DNA of 64,000 nucleotides from Haliotis rubra (Eukaryota). Below the pieces are notes generated by a model. That model did no database searches. It saw nothing but the letters and a program-made list of their open reading frames with translations, and was not told the DNA's origin. Positions within the stretch are counted from its first letter, which is position 1. Each line of letters begins with the position of its first letter. Shown here one piece after another: positions 36,227 through 47,715 of the stretch. The DNA is taken from contig NW_025767368.1 of assembly GCF_003918875.1 (NCBI RefSeq), positions 1,054,001 through 1,118,000 on the forward strand, given 5' to 3'. Made by a program: the position numbers and the translations under genes.

Positions 36227-39200
36227 TCAACCGATGGGATTGGTGCAGATGTGGCTGCAGCCGTCGCTCCTCAGACAACACTTCTGGGTCATCGGGCAGT
36301 CGGAGTCCCTGGAACAGAAGCTGACACACATGGAGACCCCATACCCGCTTGGGTTGTCCCCAGGGGCGGGGCACTGGCCATGCTTACCCCTCACCTCGCG
36401 GGGCAGAGCATTCTGGCACTTCTTGCCGCAGACGGATTCACAACACTTCATGGTCCCTGGACACTGCACGTCCACCAGACACAGATCGAAACGAACGCTG
36501 CAGCTAACGGCGAGAGCTGAACGTCTGTCAATGGCGGGGCACACTCCAGGACGAGGGGTGGGGTACTGTTCGGCTCCCGACACTGTCTCCCGCAGTTTGT
36601 CGAGCAACATTTCAGACTTCCGGTACAGTCGGAGTCGTGCTCACATTGGTCACGTGAGAAACAGGGTTCGTTGTTGTAGTCTCGCGGACACGTGCCTGGT
36701 TTTGGTGGGAGAACCGGAGACTGACACGTCCAGCCACATCCATTGCTGCAACATTTTGTGCCGCTGGAACACTCGCTGTCAGACCGACACATCCTGATAC
36801 ACTCGCCAAATGTCTTCACTTTGGGACAGGTTCCAGGAGTGGCAGGCGATGACGGGGAGTTCGTCAAGGAGGCCGTGTTGCGGTGAGGAGGTTGCACTTG
36901 AGACGTTTCACTTTGAGGGACGACGCATGCGTGGCCACAACCATTAAAGCAGCACTTCTGACTGTCTACGCAGTCAATGTCTCGGCCACAGAAGTTGAAA
37001 CAGATGCCGTACCCGGTTGACGCAGGACATGAACCGGGCTTCTTACCTTTAACAAATGGTGATTGACAGTTAGACAAAGGTATACGGTTCATACCGAGTG
37101 TGAAGACATAACTACATCAACTCTATATTATACTACGGGGGCGGTGGGGTAGCCTGGTGGTTAAAGCGTTCGCTCGTCACACCGAAGACCCGGGTTCGAT
37201 TCCCACATGGGAACAATGTGTGAAGCCCATTTCTGGTGTCCCCCGCCGTGATATTTCTGGAATATTGCTAGAAGCGGCGTAAAACAATACTCACTCACTA
37301 TATTATACTACCCTAAAGAGGTTAACACCCGATGTCATCCAACTATAAATAATCTCTCATGGCTGGTGGCCTGTCAATTATGGGCATTCCTTAACTTGTT
37401 TAGAGCAGTATTGTTATAAAATAGTATCTCGGATGGAATTCAAATGACAGTTTAAGATGTTTGTTGTGTGTTTAGGGCAATATCAGATTTATGGGGCTGC
37501 GGGTAGCCAAGCTTATAAGCATTCGTGCACGTCCGAGTCCCCGGACACTGAAGACATTGCTTTAAACGGTGGAAGAACCATGCTGATGTTCCAGGGCAGA
37601 AAAGGGCCGGGGCCAGATCCTTTTGTTGTGAGACCAGAATATTAAGGCAGCGTTCGAAATGCCTGCCTGCCCGACCGACCGGGGCGGGTTATTTTCAACA
37701 CGGACTGCCAGATTCTCAAATTCACCTGCCCGACGGTCGGTTAAACTTTAGACATGTATATGAAGATATTTATCATATTTCAGGATAATAAATCATTATT
37801 AATTCACTCGTAAAAACAAATGATGAATTCCTATCGGATCATAAACTACGTCGGTTGTCAAACCTAAATTATTTGCGGGCAGGTAAGTTTTGGTCAGGGC
37901 TGTTAGCCCTGTGATCTGGGTGAATTTTTTTGGAGTTTCATACCCTGATTAAGGGTGGTTACAGGGTATGGTTTATATCGATGTGAGTCATCACAATGAC
38001 GCGACGGCTAGGGTCGTTGTTCATGCAATCCAGGTTTTACTTTGTACAGGGTGATACAGAGGGAAAATAGCTGACTGCGGCGAAAAACACCATGCGGCGT
38101 ACACATGACATCCTAGAGGTTGTATGACCTGAAATCGGTATCACGTTGCCAAAGGTTCCATTTTGCTTACTGTTGACTGACGCCGGTCCACCGGTCGGAC
38201 AGCACCGCCCCTGGCTGCCGACAGATTCTGTGACACATCCCAGACCCCCGGGACAGGAATCAACCCCCTCTGTGCAAGTTTTCTCTTGGCCGAATGTGGT
38301 GATCAAGGGACTGCCTTCGACACATGGGTTGCTGGTCGTAGCTGGAGCTGAAACATTGGTCAAGGGAATATACAACTTTTGATTATATGTGGAGCTTATT
38401 TCATGGAACGGCTTAATAAATGGATTCCTTTAATGCATTGATGTAGGCTTTATAAAACAAATATATTGTTTGTTTGCAAAACGTACGTTCAATTATAGTA
38501 ATGATGTGAGTTGGAAGGAAAGTACCAATTGGGCGATTTTTGAGGTCCTCCAGTCTCTTAGTAACAGTTGAAAGAAGGGTGAGTGTGTATGGTTTTACAC
38601 CTTTTAGCAATATTCAAGCAATATTACTGTAGGGGACACCAGAAATGGGATCCATGTGGGGAATAAAACCCGTAGTGCTTTAACCGCAAGGCTCCCAAAC
38701 CGCCCCAAGTAGCTTCCAACATGTATAACAAGGTACATAGTAGACCAATGAAGGTTCCCAATCGTTATCTGTTGAGTAGTCAGCATATCATTTGTCAACA
38801 ATTTACCGGGAGTTGTACAGACTGGAACAACCGCGCACACTGGAGCGCATATTTCCACTAGTTTACAAACAGTCCCCTCTCTGCAAGATAACACCTGAAA
38901 CGTAATGGCATGGAAATTATTACAAAGGTTTGGTTTGAAAATGACTGAAGGCCACATTGAATTTATGTTTTGCATTGGCGGAGCCGGGGATGGGTAGGTT
39001 CGAAACCACCCCACCCCAGGGGCGGATACACTTTTGAGAAAGGAGGGGTGCATACCACACTTCATTTCACGAGAGTTTCAATGGTCATTTAATAAAATGT
39101 CAGGACAAAAGGGAGGGTGTGCACACACCCCACCCCTCTGGATCCGCCTATGCAACCCACCCCTTTGAAAATTCCTGGATTCCTGGATGAGTCGCCTCTT

Positions 39201-42200
39201 ACGACAAGCATTGGTTGCTGAAGACAAATTCAGCCCGGATCTTTACGGGTAATTACAAAGAGTATTCAAATACAAACACACAGATGTGGGCCATTGAGGT
39301 TTATCAGTATACATTACCAACATAAGGCAGGACAAAGTCGTCCAGTTCTTACAAAATGTAATCACGGTCAAGAACATAATGCTACATAGGGTGGGTATAC
39401 CAATGATGTCATCAGCGATATAGAAGATTACCCATTGTTCTAAAGACAGGCTGTGACATCAACTATAGCCGATAGCAGTCGTAATATCTTGAATAAGCCT
39501 TTGTTATCTGAGGTAACATACTCCAGCGGCCAGGGAGTGAATTAGTGAACCAGGGCCTAGATTTTCGAAGCTCTCTTAGCGCTAAGATAGCCCTAAGTTA
39601 ATTTTAATGTATGACACTTACGACTATCTTAGCGCTAAGAGAGCTTCGAAAATCTAGGCCCAGCCTCATATCAGGTATCGCAGCCTCATATCAGGTCATT
39701 TCTGGTGTCCCCCGCCGTGATATTGCTGGAATATTGCTAAAAGCGGCGTAAAACCATACGCACTCATATCAGGTATCGCAACTGTGTGCGCCTGACTACC
39801 TGACTACCAGGAGATAGCGTTATGGGTACCAGGTGAGGTGAGGTGAAATTGGGTTTAACGTCGTGCTTGAGAATATTTCGCTCATATGACGACGTGCATG
39901 TGTGTGTATGTGTATGTGCGGCTGCTTGTACTAGCCCAGACTGAAGCTGGTTTTATAGTGCTAGCCCACTGAATACCATGCCGCAGTGAAGCATGAATAC
40001 CCCACTCAGACACATTATACTGACTCCGAGCCGACCAGTCCTTGTTGTACCCATTAATGCCGAGCGCCAGGCAGGGACCGACAAGTACCATATTTTAACG
40101 TGTTTTGGTATGACGCAGTCGGGGATCAGATCGAACCCGCGACCTTCCATACATATACAGCTCTGAGTCAATTAACAAACCAGCGCGACGGCCACGCTCT
40201 AACCACTACAACACGGAGGCGGTTTATGGAGAACCAGGTACATACATATCAGATTTATTACTTGGTCCCCACATATATATGTATATTATATATAGAAGAC
40301 ACTAACACCGACGTATTCCTACCTTACATGGGTCTGGAGCAGTTCTGACGTCATTCAGCAGCAACGCCATCAGAATCTGGAACAATTTCCGAGTGTGGAA
40401 CTGTTAGTTTAGCGCTCTTGAAGACAGATTTAAATGCATGAGATGAGGTCAAATGGAGTTTAACGTTGCACTTGAATATTTCGCTCATATGACGACGTGC
40501 ATGCGTGTGTATGTGTATGTGTGGCTGCTTGTACTAGCCCAGACTTAAGCTGGTTTTATAGTACTAGCCCACTGAGATACCATGCCGCAGTGAAGCATAA
40601 ATATCCCTCACATTATACTGACTCCGAGCCGACCAGTCCTTGTTGTACCCATTAATGCCGAGCGCCAGGCAGGGACCAACAAGTACCATATTTTAACGTC
40701 TTTTTGTATGACGCGGTCGGGGTTCCAACCCGCGACCTTCCACTCTCCGGGCGGACGCTCTAACCACCACACCATGGAGGCGGTCGGATTTAAATGCGAA
40801 TAATGACTATTGTTTAAGGTCGGTTTTTAGGGATATATGTAACCCATGTGTGTCAACTTTGTGTTCATGGAAAGCTACTAATTATGCGGAGAGCATTTAA
40901 TTCATGGGACTCAATCATTCCATGACTATGGTCACTGTGCTGAAATCCTCCAGTAGATCATTGCACATTTACCTATCTCCTAACACAAGGGCATATCCAT
41001 CCCTGGTGAGAAAAGTTTTCTCCAGGTACACGTAGACACCCTCTTCTATCCGTAAATGTAACACTAGCTTTAACAGGGAAGTAATTAGAGGGCTGTTTGT
41101 TTCTCTGGTAAAGGTAACACTAGCTTTAACAGGGAAGTAATTAGAGGGCTGTTTGTTTCTCTGGTAAAGGTAACACTAGCTTTAACAGGGAAGTAATTAG
41201 AGGGCTGTTTGTTTCTCTGGTAAAGGTAACACTAGCTTTAACAGGGAGTAATTAGAGGGCTGTTTGTTTCTCTGGTAAAGGTAACACTAGCTTTGACAGG
41301 GAAGTAATTAGAGGGCTGTTTGTTTCTCTGGTAAAGGTAACACTAGCTTTAACAGGGAAGTAATTAGAGGGCTGTTTGTTTCTCTGGTAAAGGTAACACT
41401 AGCCTTAAAGGGAAGTAATTAGAGGGCTGTTTGTTTCTCTGGTAAAGGTAACACTAAGCTTTAACAGGGGAGTAATTAGAGGGCTGTTTGTTTCTCTGGT
41501 AAAGGTAACACTAGCTTTAACAGGGAAGTAATTAGAGGGCTGTTTGTTTCTCTGGTAAAGGTAACACTAGCTTTAACAGGGAAGTAATTAGAGGGCTGTT
41601 TGTTTCTCTGGTAAAGGTAACACTAGCCTTAACAGGGAAGTAATTAGAGGGCTGTTTGTTTCTCTGGTAAAGGTAACACTAGCTTTAACAGGGAGTAATT
41701 AGAGGGCTGTTTGTTTCTCTGGTAAAGGTAACACTAGCTTTAACAGGGAAGTAATTAGAGGGCTGTTTGTTTCTCTGGTAAAGGTAACACTAGCTTTAGA
41801 GGGAGTAATTAGAGGGCTGTTTGTTTCTCTGGTAAAGGTAACACTAGCTTTAACAGGGGAGTAGTCTAGAGGGCTGTTTGTTTCTCTGGTAAAGGTAACA
41901 CTAGCTTTAACAGGGAAGTAATTAGAGGGCTGTTTGTTTCTCTGGTAAAGGTAACACTAGCTTTAACAGGGAAGTAATTAGAGGGCTGTTTGTTTCTCTG
42001 GTAAAGGTAACACTAGCTTTAACAGGGAAGTAATTAGAGGGCTGTTTGTTTCTCTGGTAAAGGTAACACTAGCTTTAACAGGGGAGTAATTAGGAAGGGC
42101 TGTTTGTTTTTCTGGTAAAGGTAACACTAAGCTTTAACAGGGGAAGTAATTAGAGGGCTGTTTGTTTCTCTGGTAAAGGTAACACTAGCTTTAACAGGGA

Positions 42201-44440
42201 AGTAATTAGAGGGCTGTTTGTTTCTCTGGTAAAGGTAACACTAGCTTTAACAGGAAGTAATTAGAGGGCTGTTTGTTTCTCTGGTAAAAGGTAACACTAG
42301 CTTTGGACAGGAAGTAATTAGAGGAGCTGTTTATTTCTCTGGTAACGGTAACACTAGCTTTAACAGGGAAGTAATTAGAGGGCTGTTTGTTTCTCTGGTA
42401 AAGGTAACACTAAGCTTTAACAGGGGAGTAATTAGAGGGCTGTTTGTTTTCTGGTAAAGGTAACACTAGCTTTAACAGGGGAAGTAATTAGAGGGGCTGT
42501 TTGTTTCTCTGGTAAAGGTAACACTAGCTTTAACAGGGAAGTAATTAGAGGGAGCTGTTTGTTTCTCTGGTAAAGGTAACACTAGCTTTAACAGGGAAGT
42601 AATTAGAGGGCTGTTTGTTTCTCTGGTAAAGGTAACACTAGCTTTAACAGGGAAGTAATTAGAGGGCTGTTTGTTTCTCTGGTAAAGGTAACACTAGCTT
42701 TAACAGGGAAGTAATTAGAGGGCTGTTTGTTTCTCTGGTAAAGGTAACACTAGCTTTAACAGGGAAGTAATTAGAGGGCTGTTTGTTTCTCTAAGCACAT
42801 TATCCTCCGTCCAGCGTATTGTCACCCCGAGCATCAAACAGCGGCGACATGGTCCCTACGGGTTCACATATCTTCACCTACAGTAAATGCCCTTTGTGTT
42901 ATTGTATACCATACCCTACAGAGTTAAATACAATTTGTGAGACACACGTAGTCAGGATGAGTTACCTGTAGACTGTAAATGTAGCAAAGGATGCCACGCT
43001 AACAAGGTACACAATACCATGGATTCTGCTACCCGCGTAGAAACGCTGAGCTACCATTGAACACCCGCGGATTGCGGCCGTTGTCTAGCTAAAGTTTGCA
43101 GTTTGATGTAAACAATGATAAACAAATCGTTACCTGGTGAACAGGTTTCTACGTCTTCATGTAAGACAAGTGAAAGTGACCCCTAAATTCATACTCTGTC
43201 GAATTCATTCTGTCCATTCATTCGACTCTAACTACACCATGACATGTTTACGAATCTTTGTTCAAAACCTTGTGTACGAATCATTGTCGAACACTGTCTT
43301 ATAGTATATAGTATTGTTGATTTCTCCATAGACTCATGCTTAGTCTCTGAATATATATAATTTTGATAGTAACAAACAAGCCCATTTAAATTGAAAAGGA
43401 GCCCTAGGGACACCAGAGATTCAGAACCTGAACCTGGGGAAATCTAGACTTGCTTCGTTTAGGGCTTTAGCACTGCAGGGAACGCTAGGCTGTACGGAAA
43501 ATAATGTGGTTCAGGGACTGAGAGACAGACTAATTCCTGCATTGTACAAACTCGTGTTATCAACGCGTCCAGAGAACCAGCGTAACATTCAAAAGTTATA
43601 AAACCAGGCTTTATGTAAAATTAATTCGTACCCAACGAGATTCGTACCTATCGAAAACGGCCATGCATGTAACGCGTGTATAATTATACATATGTTTGAA
43701 TTTTGGATATAACATTTTAGAATGAGTATGGTAGCGGGATTAAATAAATGAAACAATTTTCCCCAAAGTGCTGGCAACAAAAATACATCCTCAAGTGTTA
43801 CAGTAAAAATAGTCCCGTTCATGGACATGTAGTTATAAGCGTATAATTTGAAGCTATGGGTGTAATATATTCCTAAACGTCACAGTCTCTATATACTGTA
43901 TTACTTCTTGACCCACGTAGGGCACCTCCTCCCTGTACATCGGATGAAACAGAGCAGGGGCTGAACTTTCTAGAGAGCAGACACAAAAATGAAGAATGGA
44001 AAAGTCATCCGTGTTGTCGATATGGCTGAAATATTGCCCATGTGACATTAAATATTAACTCACTCACTCTATGGAGTCGCTAATTATGTATTAAACGAAC
44101 TTGCCAAGATTGAGCTTCTCAACCTGCTTGGTTGAGTGGGTGATTCGATTCAATTCCCATGCATTAATAACCCCATATACTAACAAAGTTTAATCTGAAA
44201 GTATATTCTTTTACCTAGGCAGGTGAGTTAAACAACTGGTTTCCTATGCAAAGAGAAACATGTCGACGCACAGTTGATCCAAGTAAGCACAGTTTCAAAT
44301 GAGAACTGTTCAGTTCTCGCACTGTTATCTTTTCTAAAATAATCCTCAACCCCCGACCTTTGTCAAAAGCAAAATAGCTATCAGAATCAACTTACGAAAC
44401 AAAACTTTAGTGGCTGTGTGTCCTTGCTTCTGTTCATCAT
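36227..44440 (-). CDS. Secreted Cys-rich protein: follistatin-N-like motif, lustrin/WR1-type Cys repeat and five WAP domains (perlwapin/lustrin-like)
   Basis: Phase-consistent exons: 44440-44396 (tentative first exon), 40376-40323 (ILMALLLNDVRTAPDPCK), 38894-38807, 38347-38171 (NPCVEGSP..C..CPGGLGC..GRCCP), 37046-36227 (five PGxCP..C..D.DC....KCC...CG..C units). A one-base shift near 36556-36563 joins ORFs 36448..37092 and 36227..36610. AATAAA on - strand near 35856-35861. Confidence 0.88.
37137..37298 (+). mobile_element. tRNA-derived SINE, family A (~160 bp)
   Basis: A box TAGCCTGGTGG, B box GGTTCGATTCC, body TGTGTGAAGCCCATTTCTGGTGTCCCCCG, (ACTC)n tail. Other copies or fragments near 6855-6972, 9140-9290, 9540-9695, 18364-18495, 26375-26501, 27620-27735, 38580-38705, 39698-39765 and 57670-57790. 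Confidence 0.88.
37648..37947. mobile_element. MITE with CAG..CTG termini and 7-bp TSD
   Basis: CAGCGTTCGAAA / TTTCATACCCTG; TSD ATTAAGG. Confidence 0.8.
39554..39660. mobile_element. PIF/Harbinger-like MITE (hairpin)
   Basis: Perfect 37-bp TIR GGCCTAGATTTTCGAAGCTCTCTTAGCGCTAAGATAG; 3-bp TSD CAG. Confidence 0.8.
39832..40222 (-). mobile_element. SINE family B with a short insertion in the tRNA head
   Basis: Reverse-complement copy; unrelated ~40 bp near 40150-40188. Confidence 0.8.
40440..40786 (-). mobile_element. SINE family B
   Basis: Reverse-complement, near full-length copy. Confidence 0.82.
41058..42792. repeat. 56-bp minisatellite, ~31 copies
   Basis: Unit GTAACACTAGCTTTAACAGGGAAGTAATTAGAGGGCTGTTTGTTTCTCTGGTAAAG. 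Confidence 0.98.
43410..43532. repeat. Dispersed repeat family (other copies near 10274-10398, and split at 33515-33580 / 34265-34323)
   Basis: Shared AAATCTAGACTTGCTT..TAGGGCTT and GGAAAATAATGTGGTTCAGGGACTG.GAGACAGACTA. Confidence 0.65.
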
Positions 44441-45403
44441 GCTGGTGTAGACCGCGAAAGTGGACCTGACCTGGTGTACTACCCCACATTACATGTCTGT
44501 GTGGATAATTTAAATATGTGTGACTGGGATTAAACTGACTGTTGATTTGATAAACTGATAATAGTGGTTTAACTGTTTTATTACCATGCTGGGGAGACAG
44601 TGTGAGAAGGGGTGGATCTGGGCCACCCTGCCGGTAAAGGGAGGGGGGTAATCTTACATCAGGGTCGCATGTTTAAGGGGTGGGGACGTATAGACTATTG
44701 GGTCGGCTTTCACGGATAATTTGTGCAGGTTCAGCACGTATTTCTTCCACGGCACTAAGTTGACAATATAATCCAACAACATGGTGATATACCAGCTTTA
44801 TATCCCAATTTATTCGAGGCAGTGTGTAACAGGAGACCCTGCGAAGCGTAACACCCATAAAGTTCACAGTTAAACTACACGTCAGGCTTATAAATAACAG
44901 ACTTTCGAAATATTTGACATGAATGAATTGTCTTCTTCCCCTGTGATATCGTCACACAATTACACTTTGAGGCAGAGTCATCTTTCATGTCGTAGAAAAT
45001 GTGCATTTTAGCGGGGTGGCTTACATCAAGGAGCGTTATATAGACGTCCGGCTTATATATACAATATCATCAATGCAAACTTAAGAATAATTATAGGGGT
45101 GTGTTCAAAATAACCAAGATGCCCTTCTCTTTGCTTTGAAATATACATTATTGGATTGTCAGTTTTTCGTTCAAGTTTTTGTACTACGTATTATTTTGAT
45201 AAAGTTATTATATTGATTATATCGACACGGGTATTTGCAGTTGAATACAAGTGTCCGGAAGACAAAATAATGTTCCCTCCATTCAAGCAACATCACGGGC
45301 AATGCCTGGTTCAGACACCTTATGATTTTCCGGATTTTATATGAATGCTCCACAGCAGCGCATGCCTCATTTGGGACTTCCAACGCTGCGAAGAGCTCCC
45401 AAG

Positions 45404-47715
45404 ATGGCTTCCGACGAGGAACACGTTCAAGTTTCAGATGAGTCTGAATCAAAATCAAAGTCAAAAACAAAGAAACTAAAAGAACCTGGCATAATATACC
45501 TTAGCAGAATTCCAATGATGATGAACGTTACAACGATCCGAAGTATTTTCAGTCAGCATGGGGAAGTCGGGAAGATTTTCTTACAGCCAGACAGTAAGTA
45601 CCATGGTTGTTCGGTATTCGTTCACAACCATGCTTCGACGGGATTTTGTTTGGTTTTCAGATAAGTAGAAGGTGATATATTTTGTTCTGAAGTACCAATC
45701 GATTTTCTTTCCAATGGCCCATTTGTGTAAGAGTTTCTCCCGTTTCCCCATCCCAAATAATATTTACAAGTTATTTAACAAAACCTAAACAACAATTACT
45801 AGAGAACTCACAAATAACTAAAAGCCCCAAAATTAATTACAATATATTGGGTCGAACCATGTTGCGATACCTATACCAGGCACAGTATTGTTACACAAAA
45901 TATGGGGGAACGGAAGGAGCTCTTTCAAGTAAATCTACGAATGTTATTTTGGACCAGTGAAGTACAGACAGGACCACTAATTATTGTCCACTTAATGGTC
46001 CTGTGGTCTAGTGGGAAATTTTGAAAGGTTTCTTTCCCTGATAACTAAACAGGCTAGAATGCACTTTACCGGGCACAGCCCTCGCTGCTCCCTTTACGAT
46101 CCTTAGGGTTAGGGTATGCCACCCTTTACGATCCTTAGGGTTAGGGTATGCCACCCTTTACGATCCTTAGGGATAGGCACCCTTTACGATCCTTAGGGTT
46201 AGGGGTTAGCATGGTTAGGGTTAGGGAACCCCAACAGCGCTATTTAAGCTGAAAAAGTGCGCCCGGTAAAGTGCAGTTCTCCCACTAAACATTACAGGGT
46301 CACACTAAAATTATATTTACGATCCTAATTCTTCGAAACAAGATTTTATAAGCTTCAGATCATGTAAGAAATGTTTAAGACTGGTTATTACCTTTAATGA
46401 TATATGATGTCTCTTAACCAGTCACCAGAACTTCTCACATTTTGTGTACACTACTTAAATCCACCACCAGTGAATATATATGACTGTTGCATCTAGTGGA
46501 AATGTGTAAAATACAAACCACTTGTCAAAACTGGTATTTCATCAAATTGATTAAAAAGAAATCATCTGATTTTTGTTGGTCAGATAATAATATTTATAAC
46601 ATACCAAATCTGCACCATAAACATGATAAAGCATGTCTTTCAGTGGCATTTAGAAGTTGTACATTGATGTCCAAGATATTTTTATGGATTAAACTTCTTT
46701 TATAATTTCTCTCACGACGTTTCGAGACCAATCCAGGTCCCTTCATCAGGTGAACTGGCAGTTAGGACTATGACGTCGTCACTATGATGTCATAACTGAG
46801 TTATGACTTCACAATGCAAGTGACATCACAGTACACTAGGGAGAGTACTGTATAAGTGAGTTTGAAGAGTTCATAGTGACAATGTCATAGTCCTAACTGC
46901 CAGTTCATCTGATGAAGGGACCTGGAATGGTCTCGGAAACGTCGTGAGAGAAATTAAAAAAGAAGTTTAATCCATAAAAATATCTTGGACATGATAAAGC
47001 ATGCTCAAAAGTGCTACATTAGTTTCTCAGTCAGTGGTGGAGTGTGCACTCAATTTTAATTCTCAGCAACTTAAGCAACTCCTACTGGGTACTGAAAGAT
47101 AGCCTTGTAGCTCCTTTATGTAGCTCAGTTATGAGTAAAAATATCGTAACCTAACTGTCCCTGTAAGTTTCATTTGTTCTTTTTGTTGCAGCCAAAGGTC
47201 ACAAGCGAGGGAAGAAAGTGAGGTGTTTCAGTGAAGGTTGGGTGGAGTTCGAAGACAAGAGGAAGGCAAAGAGAGTGGCAGCCAACCTCAACAACCAGCA
47301 GATAGGAGGCAAAAGGAAGAGTCCATGGTATGAAGAAATCTGGAATATCAAATATTTACATAAATTTAAATGGGCCCACCTCAATGAAAGACTTGCCTAT
47401 GAGAAGGCAGTCCACGAACAAAGAATGAGGACAGAGATATCTCAGGTTAAACGTGAGGCTGACTTCCATAAACAGAATTTTGAAAAGAGTAGAATGTTGA
47501 AAGACATTGAGCAGAGGAAAAGGAAACAGGGAGAAAAGTTTGAGGTGCAGGATTTTAAATTCAAACTGAGAGACACAGAAGATGAGATTTTGGCAAAGAA
47601 ACAAAAGCTTGGAAGTGGAAAGAAGCCAGAACGACTCAGTTCAAAAGCTGCAGGGTCAAGCAAGTCATTCCTTTCCAGTTTGTTCTCAGGTGGAGGCAAA
47701 ATGAAAGATGACTAG
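45404..47715 (+). CDS. ABT1: Activator of basal transcription 1 / pre-rRNA-processing protein ESF2
   Basis: Exon 45404-45593 (PGIIYLSRIP..GEVGKIFLQPD, GTAAGT donor). Exon 47192-47715 (FSEGWVEF..LNNQQIGGKRKS..WNIKYLHKFKWAHLNE). Phases match. AATAAA at 47720 and 47731. Confidence 0.95.
46052..46283. mobile_element. MITE with internal TTAGGG-containing repeats and 8-bp TSD
   Basis: TIR GG..AGAA(C)TGCACTTTACCGGGC; TSD ACTAAACA; four CCCTTTACGATCCTTAGGG units. Confidence 0.8.
46711..46754 (-). ncRNA. Minimal type I hammerhead ribozyme motif
   Basis: UUCAC-CUGAUGA-A-GGGACC-UGGAUU-GGUCUC-GAAA-CG-UC^GUGAG: stem I UCAC/GUGA, 6-bp stem II, palindromic ACGU in place of stem III. Confidence 0.65.
46904..46948 (+). 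ncRNA. Minimal type I hammerhead ribozyme motif (second arm, one extra G)
   Basis: UUCAU-CUGAUGA-A-GGGACC-UGGAAU-GGUCUC-G-GAAA-CG-UC^GUGAG. Confidence 0.5.

Larger units (their letters stand above)
46636..46992. mobile_element. Penelope-like inverted pseudo-LTR remnant with a hammerhead motif on each arm
   Basis: ~110-bp inverted arms spanning 46667-46992, a 31-nt one-sided tail, and a 15-bp direct repeat ACATGATAAAGCATG at 46621-46635 and 46989-47003. Confidence 0.75.

Noticed and set aside
36550-36565. Programmed ribosomal frameshift in the WAP gene
   Set aside because: No slippery heptamer with downstream structure; a homopolymer error is simpler and matches other sites in the window.
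36224-36797. Plus-strand ORFs of 98 and 187 aa
   Set aside because: Antisense shadows of the WAP exon; the same applies to ORFs overlapping 2682-4514 and 51015-51557.
36227-37046. WAP gene as syntenic orthologue of the human chromosome 20 WFDC cluster
   Set aside because: WAP domains are shuffled widely, the human cluster is megabases from ERGIC3, and orthology cannot be shown here.
37137-37205. tRNA-Asp-like sequence as a true tRNA gene (also the family B heads)
   Set aside because: No proper acceptor stem; it runs into a SINE body and tail, and many diverged copies are dispersed in the window.
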